A stretch of 64,000 nt of DNA from Salpingoeca rosetta (lineage: Eukaryota; Protista; Choanoflagellata). Location of the stretch: the NCBI GenBank assembly GCA_033442325.1, contig JAWQFM010000029.1:374845-438844 (forward strand). Reading direction: 5' to 3'. Under the pieces are notes generated by a model, which saw only the letters and a program-made list of their open reading frames with translations, made no database searches and was not told the origin of the DNA. Positions 61,888-64,000 of the stretch are shown here, one piece after another (positions within the stretch are counted from its first letter, which is position 1; each line of letters begins with the position of its first letter). A program made the position numbers and the translations under genes.

Positions 61888-63719
61888 TCACTCCTGAATG
61901 CGGAGGACGCGCTTGCTGAACGACAGAGCGACGCCACCTCCCGAGTTGATGGACGCACAGGCACGCAGGGGAAATGGAAACGTGTCAAACGTGTCGGTCA
62001 GTGTGTGGTCGCAGCAGCCGACGTCGTGAGACAGTGGCTCATCTGGAGCCGACTGCAATACACCGCCACCGTCGCCGCACGTGCAGTCTTGTGTATTGTA
62101 GTTGCCGCTGCCTGGAGATGTTTCGAGTGCGATCCAGTGGCCATCGGGCGCAGTCAGACCATCATCGTCGCAGGAGGTCGTGAACACCTAAACAAGAAAG
62201 GTATACATAACGGCATGAGAGAGTAAGAGGACGTAGGGGCGTGTATCAGACACTTGCCATGATAACAAGACACACACGGACAGGTAGCAGCAGCATTCAC
62301 ACGCTCTCACGCATGCCAGTACACTCACATCAAAGTTGCGGTTGCTCCTGCTCTTGCTCAGCGAGGAGATGCGCGTTACGTGTTCAGTCGTAAGAGCGTG
62401 GCCACCAGAACGATAGGTGATGTTGAAGAACTCTTCACATTGCATTGTCTCAACATTTTCAGGAACTGTTCCAACGTACCACTCCCCGGTTAAGTCCTGC
62501 AACGCAACACATGCATGACCCGAATGTGAGCTTGTGAAGTGATGTGTCACTTTGTTCACAGAAAGATGGCCACACTGAAGATTGCACACAAACGCATGTT
62601 CAGTAGCGCGAGGAAAAGCACAACCCAAATTTACCTGCAAGCGCCCAATAGCGGCGGAGCAATCGCACTTGTACCAGTTGTTCAATGTCTTTTCAGAGAA
62701 GATCCAACCAGTCGAAGAGAAAGCGCTCCCCTGCACCTCCAACTCCACAAACCCGTCCTTGCACGTCACCTGTACGTGTGCGTACATGTGTGTGGGTGTG
62801 CATGCACGCACATGAACGTACATGTGCGTGGGCAGTCGGTGCAGTTTTCAGTTGCTCTGCTGTTGTCCATTCACGTTGTTCAGCACCCAATCTTCAGTTA
62901 ACATGTACACTCAGGCGCACACAGACATGGTGGCAAGCACACCGCACCTGCAATGGTTCAGAGCGCCCAATGGAGATCCACTTTGTTCCGTCTGCATTCT
63001 CTGGAAAGCTGAGGGTGGTGCGAGGAACGGGAAACACAAATACATGAATGAACGCGACACAGGAACATCTCGATGTCAGATCAGGGACACAATGACCTCA
63101 AGCCAAGCGTTCGGAAAAGTATCAAAGGCCTAGGCAAGCGAGGTTAAAAGGACCAATACTTGTAGGTTCTGGTAGGAATGGTTGTGAAAATGGGTTGGGG
63201 AACTAAAACAGGTTCGATGCAAAAACGTGGGTAAAAAAAATAGTGGAGTGGTTGCAAAAGGTTAGTGGCTAAAAATAGTCGAAGAAGAAAAAATGTTTCA
63301 AGTGTTCGGAAAAACGTTGGAAGAAAAGTATGAAAGGCCTAGGCAAGCGAGGTTAAAAGGACCAAAAACTTTTGTAAAACGGTTGTAAAACCAAGTCTGG
63401 TTGCGATAGGGTGCGTCAGGGTGCGAATGATTGCGAATGTGTGCATAATTGGGGTTGGGGAACAAGTTCATTTTGTCAAGACAGAGCGAACCCAAGTGGG
63501 CAGATAGGTTGGCCTAACAAGCCAAAACAAATGCGGGACGAACATAACTGTGACAAGCCGGGACCCTTGCTCAAATCGGAAAACACGGGCGAACTACAGG
63601 TCACGCATGGTTATAGTGCCGTCGGGTGAAGTGGCAAACGAGCTAAAGTGACCCTAACTTCAGGAAACAGTCACTTACATGTTTATAGTGATGATTTTGG
63701 ACTCGAGTAGTGACCGGTG

Positions 63720-63783
<64 letters not shown>

Positions 63784-63850
63784 ATACGGCCAGGAAGACG
63801 GTTTACTGTGCAGACCCATCGACAGAAGGGTCAACAGTGAGAAACCCATG
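61888..63850 (-). CDS. Partial Cys-rich hypothetical protein, probably extracellular, multi-exon
   Basis: Minus-strand exon-like ORFs VTCKDGFVELEVQGSAFSSTGWIFSEKTLNNWYKCDC, DLTGEWYVGTVPENVETMQCEEFFNITYRSGG and VFTTSCDDDGL...CTCGDGGG...*, separated by GT-AG introns. The 5' extent is uncertain. Confidence 0.45.
63108..63470. repeat. AT-rich segment with imperfect direct repeats (33-bp core AAAGGCCTAGGCAAGCGAGGTTAAAAGGACCAA at 63124 and 63333)
   Basis: The exact core is seen twice, 209 bp apart. GTTCGGAAAA and GGGTTGGGGAAC also recur. Composition differs from the flanks. Confidence 0.8.
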
Positions 63851-64000
63851 AAGAGTAAGCTGTGTTTGAGGCATCACAATAAAGTCAAGGGCCGAACGAA
63901 GGGAAACCAAAGAGTCACGATAGTTGGCGAGCTTGTGCGGGTGGAATGTAATGAAGCGGCGAAGTAGAGTGGCCGCCTCTCTTGCTGCTTAAGCGTTGGT

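Noticed and set aside
61486-62226. 246-aa plus-strand ORF
   Set aside because: No motifs, and it overlaps the better-supported minus-strand Cys-rich exon.

Overview
Eukaryotic, GC-rich, intron-dense DNA in which almost every intron carries (GT)n/(CA)n microsatellites. The style and gene content suggest a choanoflagellate such as Salpingoeca (inference only). Genes read by hand from left to right: (1) the 3' part of a degenerate kinase followed by a KEN/RNase-like domain; (2) a secreted Cys-rich, poly-Thr mucin-like protein ending in beta-propeller repeats; (3) a GT61-family glycosyltransferase; (4) a minus-strand hypothetical gene spanning an assembly gap; (5) an F-BAR-C1-RhoGAP protein of the ARHGAP29/45/GMIP type; (6) a giant, almost intronless RNF213/mysterin-like gene (CBM20, dynein-like AAA+ ring, RING, RZ finger, CTD) with apparent frameshifts; (7) a TKL-type kinase fused to a PARP/ART catalytic domain with an H-Y-E triad; (8) a PLP-dependent ACC deaminase/D-cysteine desulfhydrase-like gene; (9) an MSK/RSK-type dual kinase with a tandem duplication of three exons; (10) a partial minus-strand Cys-rich gene. 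The most notable observation is that five small, symmetric phase-1 exons with canonical splice sites can join the RNF213-like ORF in frame to the kinase-PARP ORF. This would give one protein of roughly 6,700 aa combining a ubiquitin ligase, a kinase and an ADP-ribosyltransferase, a candidate cell-autonomous immunity system. All gene models are manual predictions without transcript support.
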